A DNA stretch of 64,000 nt from Candidatus Microgenomates bacterium (GCA_049523135.1 JBEKNE010000001.1:651234-715233), one strand, 5' to 3'; shown: positions 53,769 through 63,756, counted from the stretch's first letter. Notes: a model not told the origin generated them from the sequence alone. Numbers and translations: made by a program.

Positions 53769-55610
53769 TTATTGTTCTAAACCGGAAGAAAATAGCGATT
53801 TTAGGATATCTTTGGTGGCATCATACTTCTTCCCCTTTTCAACTTCCCAATGCAAATCATAACCCGGAGCACCGTTTATCTCTATCACGAAAAAGCGACA
53901 ATGGGCATCGTGTATATTTGGAGAAATTATATCTACCCCACAAAATCTCAAACCTAAAGCCTTTGTCGCTTTAATCGCTATTTGAGAATATTTCAAATCA
54001 AAATGTTCAACGTTCTCAACAGTACCTCCTGTGTGGGCATTTGCATTCATGCGTAATGTAATTTTCTCGCCTTTGGCCGGAACACTATTGTATCCCAAGA
54101 CTTGTTTTGTAAGCATTCTCTCGACTTCATAATTTAATATCAACGGTTCTATCCTCCCGTTATTATATTTCTCTATCAAATCAATTATTGTCAAATTTCC
54201 ATCGCCAACAACGGAAGGTAAAACTCTACGTGCTACTGCTAGTACCCTTCCATCTAAAACAAGAAAACGATAATCCTCCCCTTCCACATATTCCTCAATT
54301 AATACTGATTTATATTTCTCCCTGACTCTATTAAATGTTTCCTTAAGCTCATCAACATTCTCAAGTTTTGCTGCCACAAATTTTCCGGACGATGCGGTAT
54401 CGGGTTTTATTACTAAAGGAAAAGAAATTTTTTTCGTTTTTAGTGATTGCAGGACTTCCTCCCAGGTGCCAGCTAGAATCCCCGCTGGTGTTGGTATACC
54501 GCACTTTCTCAAAATCTCTTTCGTCAAATTTTTCCTCTTGGTCAACTTGGTTGCAACCGTCGAATTCAAAGAAAAGAGATTCTTAAATGTAAAAATAGTT
54601 TTTCCATTTTTTGAAATTTCATAAACTCTTTTATCCGCAGGGTATTCATGCACAAAATATCCCAGTTTTGCCGCATCTTTAGCAAAATCGTCCATCAGTG
54701 TTGTAGATCTGGGTTTATCGGTAATCAAAAATTTGATAATCTCTCTCTCAACATTCAACCCGGTGTCCTCTTTAATAGAATCCCATTTGGGTGCTGAGTT
54801 TACCTCAAGTATAAAAAGATTTCCGTTTTCGTCTTCCAGAATATCAACTCCAGCAACATCAATTGAAAGAGCATTTACCGCTCTTTCAGCCAATATTGAA
54901 TATTTGTGGGGTACCTTTTTATACGACATTTTTACAGGACCCTCTTTACCAAAATGGTCCTTCCATCTAGTAGGTCTAACAATTGCAGCCATTGCTTTGC
55001 CGCCAATTACAAGAACTCTAACTCTTATACTTGCTTTGATAAATTCTTGCGCGAGAAATCTTTCACCTAATATCTCCCGAATTGTCAGATCTTCAATCAG
55101 TCCATCTAATTGCTTTTTATTCTCCGATAACCATACGGCACGCCCCCTTTTACCATTGGTACCTTTAATAACAAAGGGGAAACCAAAAATTTTTGGTGCC
55201 TGTTTCCCAATCTTTTTCAAAGACATAAACAATGTCCTTGGAACAGGAATGCCATTTTCAAATAAAAGTTTTGTCTCAAGACCTTTAGCTAGTGGCAATC
55301 GGATAAATAGGGACTTTTGATACATTCCGTCAACAACTTTTACTCCGTTTTTTCTGGCATAATCGGCAACTATCGACGCATCTTCAAAATGCTTACTTAC
55401 AACTCTAAAGTAAATTACACCGAAAGAAGCAATGTCCTTACCTTTAATTAAAATTACAGGAGCAGCAGATGTTTTATTAAGGTCATATTCCAAATCCAAA
55501 AATGATGCTGTAGTCATATCCAGCCCCATCACTTTACCCTCTCTGGAAAACGCGGTGAGATGATTTACTTTTCCACCAGTGATAATTAATATTTTCTTAT
55601 TATTTGTCAT
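53769..55610 (-). CDS. Tandem ATP-grasp fusion: RimK-like domain + cyanophycin synthetase/GshAB-like domain
   Basis: N-half: GIPVPRT, FPFVIKG, AQEFI, VAGVDIL, LEVNSAP. C-half: GIPTPAG, PLVIKP, EEYVEGEDYRFLVL, GDGNLTI, NAHTGG, CGVDII, IEINGAPG. Confidence 0.85.
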   Translation of the reverse strand: MTNNKKILIITGGKVNHLTAFSREGKVMGLDMTTASFLDLEYDLNKTSAAPVILIKGKDIASFGVIYFRVVSKHFEDASIVADYARKNGVKVVDGMYQKSLFIRLPLAKGLETKLLFENGIPVPRTLFMSLKKIGKQAPKIFGFPFVIKGTNGKRGRAVWLSENKKQLDGLIEDLTIREILGERFLAQEFIKASIRVRVLVIGGKAMAAIVRPTRWKDHFGKEGPVKMSYKKVPHKYSILAERAVNALSIDVAGVDILEDENGNLFILEVNSAPKWDSIKEDTGLNVEREIIKFLITDKPRSTTLMDDFAKDAAKLGYFVHEYPADKRVYEISKNGKTIFTFKNLFSLNSTVATKLTKRKNLTKEILRKCGIPTPAGILAGTWEEVLQSLKTKKISFPLVIKPDTASSGKFVAAKLENVDELKETFNRVREKYKSVLIEEYVEGEDYRFLVLDGRVLAVARRVLPSVVGDGNLTIIDLIEKYNNGRIEPLILNYEVERMLTKQVLGYNSVPAKGEKITLRMNANAHTGGTVENVEHFDLKYSQIAIKATKALGLRFCGVDIISPNIHDAHCRFFVIEINGAPGYDLHWEVEKGKKYDATKDILKSLFSSGLEQ

Positions 55611-55612
55611 TC

Positions 55613-56914
55613 TTATTGTGTTGGATTAATTAAAAAACCAGCCATATCGTTCCTACCCATTAAAAACCGCGTTGACATTCTTGACCTGTCAGTCACCGAG
55701 GCGGTTGATCTAATCTTTTGTCCAGCAATTATATAAGTAATCCCAATCACAGGTCGTGTTTGTAAACCACTTGCCGATCTATATTCATACTTGTCTTTCC
55801 ACAAAATATTTTCTTTTGTCATTAACCCTAAGTCTTCAGCAAGTCCCCTATCAATTGAGCTTCTCATTGCCCCTGTATCAATGCGTGCAAGTATCCTGAC
55901 CCTCCTGGATTTGTCAAAACTGTATATTTTTATTTCCTCTAAACCTTTGAGAGTTTTTATTCCTTCCTCCTGTGCTGCCCTATTTTCAAATCTTCCCGCA
56001 AAAAGCATTTTGGCAATTCTGACTCCGTGATCCGCATCAATTACATTCAGGTCATCCACTCTCTCCAGTCTCTTTTTAAGACCCTCTCCATTGGCAAGCT
56101 GAATCTGAAGCCCGGGTTGGGCATTAAGTTCAAGAACCATCGGTCCTTTATCTGGATGTAAAACGATATCAACCCCCACATAACCCAAATTGGAAGCTTC
56201 AGCCGCCTTGACTGCCGTTTCTAAAATCAAAGTCCAATTAGGTACTTTTACTCCCCGAAGTTTCCTTCCCGTGTCGGGTTTGTACACAATTTGACTTCCG
56301 TGCCAGATGGCATTTGTTGTTGTACCTGTTGCAATATCCACTCCAACCCCAAGTGCACCCTGATGCAAATTGGCTCTTCCGCCGCTTTCCTTCGTAGGTA
56401 ATCTAAGCATTGCCATAACGGGAATTTTGTTAAAAACAATTATACGGATATCGGGTGTTCCGCGATAAGCATACCTTCTGAAAGCTTTGGCACGGCCTAC
56501 ATATTCCTGAATAAAAGCAACATCGGGATCGTTTCCCATTGAATATGCTCCTTCCAGGATATCCAAAGTGTGAAGTTTAAGATCATCAGCCGTTACCCGC
56601 TCTTTCTGCGTAGTCAGCCATATAGGCTTACCGTTTGATTTCAATCGCCTTTTAACTACAATTATTCCCTCTCCTCCCATTCCCCGACTTGGTTTCAAAG
56701 CAAACTGGTCAGGAAGTGACCCCCAATCGGACTCAAGAACATCCTTAGGATCCATAAACTTCTTAAAAATTTCAGGGTGCGCCACTTCAGCTTTCTTAAG
56801 TACTCTTGCCGTCTGAATTTTGGAATCGGCAATACTTTTACCGCGCTTGGTATTATATTTGTATGCAAAAAGCTGAGTTCTGGCATTAAGCCCCAAAATC
56901 GAGGATGTTTTCAT
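55613..56914 (-). CDS. Alpha-L-glutamate ligase-like ATP-grasp (ATPgrasp_ST type) fused to a retropepsin-like RimK-associated protease
   Basis: ILGLNAR, LKPSRGMGGEGI, PDIRII, MLRLPT..SGGRANLHQG, ELNAQPGLQIQLAN; C-terminal ARIDTGAMRSSID...LMGR. Confidence 0.88.
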   Translation of the reverse strand: MKTSSILGLNARTQLFAYKYNTKRGKSIADSKIQTARVLKKAEVAHPEIFKKFMDPKDVLESDWGSLPDQFALKPSRGMGGEGIIVVKRRLKSNGKPIWLTTQKERVTADDLKLHTLDILEGAYSMGNDPDVAFIQEYVGRAKAFRRYAYRGTPDIRIIVFNKIPVMAMLRLPTKESGGRANLHQGALGVGVDIATGTTTNAIWHGSQIVYKPDTGRKLRGVKVPNWTLILETAVKAAEASNLGYVGVDIVLHPDKGPMVLELNAQPGLQIQLANGEGLKKRLERVDDLNVIDADHGVRIAKMLFAGRFENRAAQEEGIKTLKGLEEIKIYSFDKSRRVRILARIDTGAMRSSIDRGLAEDLGLMTKENILWKDKYEYRSASGLQTRPVIGITYIIAGQKIRSTASVTDRSRMSTRFLMGRNDMAGFLINPTQ

Positions 56915-56920
56915 ATAATT

Positions 56921-57802
56921 TTAACCTTTGATGAGTTTTCTAAACCTGTAGAATTCCATAACTCGAAGTCCTGTATATTTACCAAGGATGAGATCAAGGG
57001 CTGCCATTAAAACGAGAGAAATTTCAGGGTTCAGAAGTACATACTTTTGAAGCGGCTGAAAAGTCAAAAACAAGTATGAAACAAGCGACAGAATTAAAGT
57101 TTCAAAAGTTAAGTTCAAAGCCGTTTTGACACTTTTGCCAAGCTGAACTCTTGTAAAGTCCTCCGCCAGAAGGATTAGGATTAGAACCGCAAAAATGGAA
57201 ACGTTAGCAAGAGCCGAGAAACTAAGTACGGGAGCCAAGAATAAAATGCCTAAAACCCCAACCACAACAGCCCAAAGAATAAATGACATTCTGGGAAGGT
57301 ACTGAAGCCTGATCTTCAGCCTTCGGAGAATCATACGCACAAGCGTCGAAACGGTAACAATTACCAGGAAAAGTCCAATTCCGACAACCGGCCCTGTTGC
57401 CACAAACACAACCGACAAAGCGGCAGGGAGGAAAATTCCGAATCCTCTAATTCCTATCACATTACGCGAAAATGCTATGACAAAAGTTATGATAGGCAAA
57501 AGGAGCAAAAGAACAATTGTATTGGCAGGTACCCCTGAGGCTACCGCGCCACGGATCGCATACTTAACGGGGTTAAACGGCCAAACCGGGCCCAAAGTCT
57601 GATTTTTCAAAAGTGACTCCAGTGGACCCAGAGATTCTGTGCTCTTCTGAGTGATATCGATAGGTGCAGCAACAGGTGTAGGAGTTAGAGTCACAATGGG
57701 AGTTGGAGTCGGGGTTGGGGTTTGGGCTCTTCCCAAAGCCAAAGACGGCCTTACTAGCACCAATCCCAAAACCACAAAAAGTATTAAAAATATTTTTCTC
57801 AT
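56921..57802 (-). CDS. 7TM-domain membrane protein (7TM_transglut-like)
   Basis: Signal/TM, TP linker, LLLLP..RNVIGIRGFGIFLP, YLPRM, LGKYTGLRVMEFYRF; ATG 57802. Confidence 0.85.
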   Translation of the reverse strand: MRKIFLILFVVLGLVLVRPSLALGRAQTPTPTPTPIVTLTPTPVAAPIDITQKSTESLGPLESLLKNQTLGPVWPFNPVKYAIRGAVASGVPANTIVLLLLLPIITFVIAFSRNVIGIRGFGIFLPAALSVVFVATGPVVGIGLFLVIVTVSTLVRMILRRLKIRLQYLPRMSFILWAVVVGVLGILFLAPVLSFSALANVSIFAVLILILLAEDFTRVQLGKSVKTALNLTFETLILSLVSYLFLTFQPLQKYVLLNPEISLVLMAALDLILGKYTGLRVMEFYRFRKLIKG

Positions 57803-57965
57803 GGAAAAAGTTTTCTCGAAAGTAAGGCTATTATACCATAAATGTCTCAATAAATCCCTGAAGACGCGGCTAAAAAAGATCTTGTACTTTTTGCCTAAAA
57901 TCAGCTACAATTAAGCTTCGCCGCCAAAATTATTCCCTAACAGGGCAGTTTTTGCGTCAAAAAAT

Positions 57966-59696
57966 ATGGTCAAAACACTAAAAACATTTTATAAATTTGT
58001 TGCAAGGCGAAAATTAGTATTTATCGTCTTTGTAATGCTGTTTATCTTAAGCCAAGTTCTGGGAAGTGTTACCCCCTACTTTTACAAGCTATTTACCGAT
58101 GCTATTCCTTCATTGGACTTCCTTAAGCTTGTCATTATACTTGCCGCTTATATCACAGTTTCGATGATTGCTCTTATTTTGGAAGTATCCGCCATGAGAA
58201 TGGGAGACCAAATAATAGTCCGTGAAGGAGCCAATGCAAGATCTACTATTTTTAAATATGTACAAGATTTGGATTTCTCATTCCATTCCAGTAAATCAAC
58301 CGGAAGCCTAATTTCAGCATTCAAACGCGGCGATTCGGCATTTTTTGGATTGTTTTTTGATATTCATTACAGAATTCTAAGCGTTATTGTTTCTTTCTTT
58401 GTACTCGCCTATTTCTTCCTGCAATTCGGCTGGAGCTTTATTGCCTTGATAATCCTGTCGTTTGCCATAGCTCTTTTCGCCATGAAATTCTTAATTAAAA
58501 ACAATGTCGAAAAAAGAAATATTGCAAACGATGAGGAGGACAACGTATCGGCAATAATAACCGACAACCTTATGGCCTACGAAACTGTCAAGCTTTTCGC
58601 CAAAGAAAAGGCAGAACTGGGAAGACTTAACCTCGCATTCATTCCCTGGAAGACTAAAAGCCTCGATTACCAAAGATCATTCCGTAGTATCGACCTTGTC
58701 ATGGGCATAATTATTAACCTTAGTATGTTTGCAATACTCCTTCTTACACTACATTCAACCATTGTTGCCAAGTTGACAATTGGAGATTTCGTTATGATTG
58801 CAGCTTTCATCTCCAGTTTCTTCCCCCGTCTTTGGGAACTTGTCTGGGGCTTAAGGGATGTTGCTAAAGATTTTGCCGATATTGAAAAGTATTTTGGCCT
58901 TCTTAACTATCAGATTGATGTAAAGGATCCAGAAAAACCAATCAGGATTGATCATGTTTTTGGAGAAATTATTTTCGACAAAGCCAAATTTGCCTACGGA
59001 AACAGATCCAGAAATGCCATTGACGGAATAAATCTAAAAATTGATCAGGGACTAGCTTTAGCACTCGTCGGCAGAAGCGGCTCGGGTAAAACCACTCTCG
59101 TTAAACTCCTTATGAGATTCTACGACCTCCAAGAAGGATCAATTATGATTGACGGAATTAACATCAAAGATTTCAAGAAAAACACTTTGAGAGGATTTAT
59201 CGGTATGGTTCCCCAAGAACCTATCCTTTTTAACAACACCATCGCCTACAACATCGGCTACGGAAAAGTAAAGCCAAAGCTTTCCGAAATCAGGTTTGCC
59301 GCTAACATGGCAAATATAGATGATTTTATTCAAAGTTTGCCCAAGAAATACGAAACAGAAGTCGGAGAACGCGGGGTTAAGCTATCCGGAGGGCAAAAAC
59401 AAAGATTATCAATCGCACGAATGATCCTAAGTGATCCAGATATTATTATTTTTGATGAAGCCACAAGCCAGCTTGATTCCGAATCCGAAAGACTTATTCA
59501 GGATGCTTTTTGGAAGGCCAGACGCGGAAAAACAACAATTATTATTGCCCATCGCCTTTCCACCATTATGAAAGCGGATAGAATTGTTGTCATGGAGAAA
59601 GGAAAAATAGTTGAAGAAGGAACCCACAAAGGACTTTTAGCAAAAAAGGACTCTCTTTATTCTCACTTTTGGAATTTACAAATCAAGCTGGACTGA
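57966..59696 (+). CDS. ABC exporter, fused permease/ATPase (MsbA/Atm1-like)
   Basis: TM domain, GRSGSGKTT, VGERGVKLSGGQKQR, FDEATSQLD, IAHRLST. Confidence 0.93.
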   Translation: MVKTLKTFYKFVARRKLVFIVFVMLFILSQVLGSVTPYFYKLFTDAIPSLDFLKLVIILAAYITVSMIALILEVSAMRMGDQIIVREGANARSTIFKYVQDLDFSFHSSKSTGSLISAFKRGDSAFFGLFFDIHYRILSVIVSFFVLAYFFLQFGWSFIALIILSFAIALFAMKFLIKNNVEKRNIANDEEDNVSAIITDNLMAYETVKLFAKEKAELGRLNLAFIPWKTKSLDYQRSFRSIDLVMGIIINLSMFAILLLTLHSTIVAKLTIGDFVMIAAFISSFFPRLWELVWGLRDVAKDFADIEKYFGLLNYQIDVKDPEKPIRIDHVFGEIIFDKAKFAYGNRSRNAIDGINLKIDQGLALALVGRSGSGKTTLVKLLMRFYDLQEGSIMIDGINIKDFKKNTLRGFIGMVPQEPILFNNTIAYNIGYGKVKPKLSEIRFAANMANIDDFIQSLPKKYETEVGERGVKLSGGQKQRLSIARMILSDPDIIIFDEATSQLDSESERLIQDAFWKARRGKTTIIIAHRLSTIMKADRIVVMEKGKIVEEGTHKGLLAKKDSLYSHFWNLQIKLD

Positions 59697-59698
59697 AA

Positions 59699-59917
59699 TT
59701 ATTCTTCTTTTCCCTGCATTCCCAAAAGCCAGAGGACGGCTTCCTTTTTGTAGCGCCTGTCACCTCTACTATTTATACGGATGGCAGGAAGCTTACCGCG
59801 TTTTCCCCAGCGCTTAATTGTTAAAGGAGAAACCCGGAGCAGTTCACTGACTTCGCGGACGGTAAGCAAATCGGGAAGATCTTCCAATCTGATTTTCTTT
59901 TTAATAGTTTGTTCCAT
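59699..59917 (-). CDS. Excisionase/MerR-like HTH DNA-binding protein
   Basis: LLTVREVSELLRVSPLTIKRW..RGDRRY. Confidence 0.88.
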   Translation of the reverse strand: MEQTIKKKIRLEDLPDLLTVREVSELLRVSPLTIKRWGKRGKLPAIRINSRGDRRYKKEAVLWLLGMQGKEE

Positions 59918-60230
59918 TTGTATTTAGTCCCCTGCCTACCGTTTATCTTTCTTAGTCAGACAATATCAAAGCACTACAAGTGTGTCAATAGTCATTTATT
60001 CCAATTTCGATGACTACGATGAGATTTACTCCGGGGTGTAAAATTAATTGTAAGGGGGTGAGAAGTATGTTGTAACGAACCATCTGTCCTAATTAGCTAA
60101 AACCTTCATTTTCTTATAAGTTTTAGTTTATTAACGCCTGCCCACTTCAAAAAAATAGGTATTTATTTTTAGTTATAAAAAAATTGCATATTTCAAGTTC
60201 AACGAGGTAATAGCATCCGTAAATAGAGAT

Positions 60231-60416
60231 ATGCAGGTTGAGACTGATGATAAAAGCTCCCCAAATACTACAGACATTATATACAAAGAGGCAAAAAAAC
60301 TAAGAGATGCGGACTTACGCGAGATGACCCCCAAAGAAATCGAAGAAATGAAAAAGGAATTTCAACAGCACAATGACAGTTTAATACACAAGATCGCCAG
60401 AAAAATAGGTTTCTAA
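60231..60416 (+). CDS. Small hypothetical protein
   Basis: 61-aa charged helical ORF; no recognised motif. Confidence 0.45.
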   Translation: MQVETDDKSSPNTTDIIYKEAKKLRDADLREMTPKEIEEMKKEFQQHNDSLIHKIARKIGF

Positions 60417-60434
60417 ATTTCAAAAAATTAAAAA

Positions 60435-61709
60435 CTAAGCTACACGTTCCTTTAGGGCACTGTAATATTTTTGAAGATAATCTTCAGCTTTGTCCCAATG
60501 CTCTTTCCCTAATCCCGCAAGTGCTAAATTCTTCTCTACTCCCGCCAAAACCCTAAGGTGCGCCGCTTTAGCCGCCTGAAGAAGAGAAATCCTGTAAACT
60601 TCAGCCAAATGCTGACAGGCAAGCTTCTCCGCTTCGGATGCGGAAGCTACGCTGTCTTTATTTCCCATTTCTCTGGCAAAGTCCACTTCCATCGAGGCTA
60701 CAATTCTGGGCTCAAAAGCAAGTTTTACCTCACTTTTCAGAAGCTGATAAAACTTCTTCATATCTTCTTTTGCCTTGTCCCATTTTTCATCCTTTTCTTC
60801 GATGAGAGCCTCAACCATATATTTGGCTGCCTCTTTTGCAAGCTCTTTGGAAAGACCATATTGCTCTTTCAGGTGTTTCATTGCATAATCCCGAAGCCTC
60901 ATTCCTTCCGGAACGTTTGCCAGCCTCCACCACGAAAGCTCAAGCTTGGCTGTAATTTTTGGATCAAAAGCAAAATGATTTACCGTATCGTTTCCCCCAA
61001 ATCTGCGTCTCCTGCGGGAGTAATCAAGGATTATATCGGCAAGCTTCCTTGGTGTCATACTCGGAAGGTGATCAACTTCCCAATAAAATTCTGCATAGTT
61101 TGCCTGCCACATCATAAAACCGCTGGTCCGCTGCTCACCTGAAGTTCTTATGAGCAGATCCACATCCGGATACGGTTGATCATGGGTATCAAGATATGAA
61201 GAAATAAGCTTCTCATCAATATCTTCCGCTTTTATACCCGCTTTAACAATCTTCTGTGTAGCTCTGACTATTTCATCCCTTCCCCCATAATCAATAGCCG
61301 CATTAAAAATATGAGTTTTATTATTTTTGGTTTTGTTTTCTATTCTTTTAATATATAGGGCGAGAGCTTTCGGAATTCTATCTTTTCTACCAAGGTGAAC
61401 AAATTTAATATCATCTTTTTCAGCCTCTTTTTCTACAACAGACACCATATTCCAGTAAAGTTTCATTAAATAGGCAAGCTCTTTCGGACTTCTGTCCCAG
61501 TTTTCAGTCGAAAGGCCCCAAACCGTAAAAGTATGCACTCCCCATCTCCTGGCAGCTCTGGCCATTTCCATTCCGGCTTCAAAGCCGGCTTTGTGACCTT
61601 CGAGTGTAGGAAAGCCGTGAGAACGCGCCCAGCGTCTATTGCCATCAAGGATAAAGGCTATGTGGTTTGGAACAATTGTGCCTTCGGGAAGAGCAGTTTT
61701 ATCTTGCAT
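60435..61709 (-). CDS. uppS: cis-Prenyltransferase (UppS-like) with a C-terminal extension of about 185 aa
   Basis: HIAFILDGNRRWA, STENWDR, YGGRDEI, DLLIRTSGEQRTSGF, RRRRFGG, then an extra helical domain. Confidence 0.9.
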   Translation of the reverse strand: MQDKTALPEGTIVPNHIAFILDGNRRWARSHGFPTLEGHKAGFEAGMEMARAARRWGVHTFTVWGLSTENWDRSPKELAYLMKLYWNMVSVVEKEAEKDDIKFVHLGRKDRIPKALALYIKRIENKTKNNKTHIFNAAIDYGGRDEIVRATQKIVKAGIKAEDIDEKLISSYLDTHDQPYPDVDLLIRTSGEQRTSGFMMWQANYAEFYWEVDHLPSMTPRKLADIILDYSRRRRRFGGNDTVNHFAFDPKITAKLELSWWRLANVPEGMRLRDYAMKHLKEQYGLSKELAKEAAKYMVEALIEEKDEKWDKAKEDMKKFYQLLKSEVKLAFEPRIVASMEVDFAREMGNKDSVASASEAEKLACQHLAEVYRISLLQAAKAAHLRVLAGVEKNLALAGLGKEHWDKAEDYLQKYYSALKERVA

Positions 61710-62376
61710 AAGCTCTGATTATATCAGCAATAGTGTCTCTATTCACGATTTGCCACCCTTTTTCTCTTGCTATATCTTTCAAATACGAATTAGGCTCAAT
61801 TACAACAGGAAAATCAACTTTATTAAGCATATCCGCATCGTTTTCCGAATCTCCAACTGCGATCGAACCTTTTTTGCCGTACTTAGAAATCAAATCGGCC
61901 GCTATCCCCTTATTGCCACCTAAACTTAGTTCAACTCTGCCTGTAAATTTACCGTTTGCGATACCTGCAATTGACGAAAGATAATTTTTCACCCCATAAA
62001 TTCTACCCAAAGCCTCACACATAAACTGAAAATTAGTGGTCACGAAGTAAATATCATAGGTATCTTTTATTTGAGAAACCAGATTTTCAAAATATGGAAA
62101 AAATTTATCCTTGTTGTGATTCAAAAACTTATATGTATCCTCAAGGATAATATTGGGGCTTTTCCCCTTTACGGCCTGTGCGTAAATTTCAAGCATCCTA
62201 TCTGCAGCTTGTTTATAATTTTTTTTACCTGATTTATATTCGCTCAACTCAATAAGAATTTTATCCCACGTTCCTTTTGCAACCACTCCTCTTTTCTCCC
62301 AATCTTGGATTTGATCAAATATCGTATGTCCGTTATATATTACCCCATCGATATCAAAAAGTGCCAGTTTTTTCAT
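61699..62376 (-). CDS. HAD-IB family phosphatase (SerB-like)
   Basis: LALFDIDGVI, FTGRV, AVGDSENDADML. Confidence 0.88.
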   Translation of the reverse strand: MKKLALFDIDGVIYNGHTIFDQIQDWEKRGVVAKGTWDKILIELSEYKSGKKNYKQAADRMLEIYAQAVKGKSPNIILEDTYKFLNHNKDKFFPYFENLVSQIKDTYDIYFVTTNFQFMCEALGRIYGVKNYLSSIAGIANGKFTGRVELSLGGNKGIAADLISKYGKKGSIAVGDSENDADMLNKVDFPVVIEPNSYLKDIAREKGWQIVNRDTIADIIRAYAR

Positions 62377-62386
62377 AATAATTAGA

Positions 62387-63187
62387 TCAACTAATTAATG
62401 TTCCTCCAACCTTTTTACCCAAAATCGCGTTTTTAAGAGAACCTTTTACCTTCCCGTTGATTATCAAAGTTTTTATCCCGGTCTTTTTTGCTAAATTTAA
62501 AGCTTCTTCAACTTTGTGTAGCATTCCGCCCGTCACGTCCACTCCTTTCGCACCAACGATTGAAGACTTTAACTTGGCAAAATTTTTCGCATTGATTTCC
62601 CCAATTGTTTTACTTTTTTCGTCATATACCCCATCGGTATCGGTAACATAAATTGTTTTAATTTTGTATTTCTTTTGCAATTCTCTCGCCAAAATCGAAA
62701 GAATTTTCTCAGTTGAAAATATAGTACAACCAATCTTTCTATCAATAACTACATCACCATAGACAACAGGCACAATTCCGATTTCCAATGCTTTTTTGAT
62801 AGAATCAAAATATGATTTATCGCATACTTTTACATCAGAAATCAGAAAACTTGCGGGAGAAAAAGAAAAAACAGGAATACCCTCTTCCAGGAAGTTTTTG
62901 ACAACAATCATATTGAGTTTCTTGGCTGCATCCTCCGTTACCGCCATCCCATAAAGACTATCTTTATTTATTAATCCTTCTTTTGTTTTATATTTATGTG
63001 CAGGTGTATGAGCAAAACTTCCGGCACCGTGTCCGATAATAATTTTGCCGTTAAATTTACGTTGGACTTCCTTAATTTCACCAGCCAATCGAATAATATT
63101 CCCCTCCCGGGCCGTATATTCCCTACCCTTGTCAGTTATCACACTTCCGCCGAGCTTAATCAAGATTAATTCTTTCATCTTTTCCAT
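62387..63187 (-). CDS. Isopentenyl phosphate kinase (archaeal-type, amino acid kinase fold)
   Basis: IKLGGSVITDK, HGAGSFAH, PVVYGDVV, DVTGGM; upstream of uppS. Confidence 0.85.
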   Translation of the reverse strand: MEKMKELILIKLGGSVITDKGREYTAREGNIIRLAGEIKEVQRKFNGKIIIGHGAGSFAHTPAHKYKTKEGLINKDSLYGMAVTEDAAKKLNMIVVKNFLEEGIPVFSFSPASFLISDVKVCDKSYFDSIKKALEIGIVPVVYGDVVIDRKIGCTIFSTEKILSILARELQKKYKIKTIYVTDTDGVYDEKSKTIGEINAKNFAKLKSSIVGAKGVDVTGGMLHKVEEALNLAKKTGIKTLIINGKVKGSLKNAILGKKVGGTLIS

Positions 63188-63228
63188 AGAGTCAAATTCT
63201 ACACCATGTTATACTGTTAGTCACAGGT

Positions 63229-63756
63229 ATGGCGAAAAACACACGCTTTGAAGCGGTTTATCGTGATTTTTATCTTCCTCTGACCAAATTTGTGATGAAA
63301 AGGATGGGAGCCGGTGAAAAAGAAGCAGAGGAAGTTGTTGAAGAAACTGCCGTAGCCGCATGGAAAGGTTGGAATACCTTCAAACACAAAAGCGGCTACT
63401 TTACATGGCTTTGCAGGATTGCTTTAAACAAAATTGCCGATTACTATCACGATCAGGTTAATGAAAATTCAAAATTAATTGTTCCTTTAATCGACACTAT
63501 TACCGAAACCGACAAAAAACTTTCCCCCGATGAGACTTTAGCTTTGAAAGAATTAAGAAAATCGGTAAATGACTGTCTTAATCTTCTTCCCCCCGAAAAA
63601 CGTCAACTTTTACAGTTCAGGTACTGGTATGACATGTCCTATTCCGAAATAAGTAAGGTAATGGGTATTAGTGAGCGGGCAGTTGAAGGACAAATTTACC
63701 GTGCCAAGCACGAGTTTGCTAAAGTCTGGTCCTCTACGAAAGTTTATACAAAATAA
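63229..63756 (+). CDS. ECF sigma factor
   Basis: AEEVVEET, YFTWLCRIALN, MSYSEIS..MGISERAVEGQIYRAK. Confidence 0.92.
   Translation: MAKNTRFEAVYRDFYLPLTKFVMKRMGAGEKEAEEVVEETAVAAWKGWNTFKHKSGYFTWLCRIALNKIADYYHDQVNENSKLIVPLIDTITETDKKLSPDETLALKELRKSVNDCLNLLPPEKRQLLQFRYWYDMSYSEISKVMGISERAVEGQIYRAKHEFAKVWSSTKVYTK

Noticed and set aside
53769-54700. Bona fide cyanophycin synthetase
   Set aside because: Only the ATP-grasp half is present; there is no Mur-ligase-like domain and no cyanophycinase gene in the window.
54733-55320. Long antisense ORFs (195 aa here, 194 aa at 60558, and many shorter ones)
   Set aside because: They lie opposite well-supported genes, show no motifs and have the composition of shadow ORFs.
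59699-60416. Excisionase-like HTH as a sign of a prophage or ICE
   Set aside because: No integrase, att repeats, or phage or conjugation genes are nearby; a stand-alone regulator is the simpler explanation.
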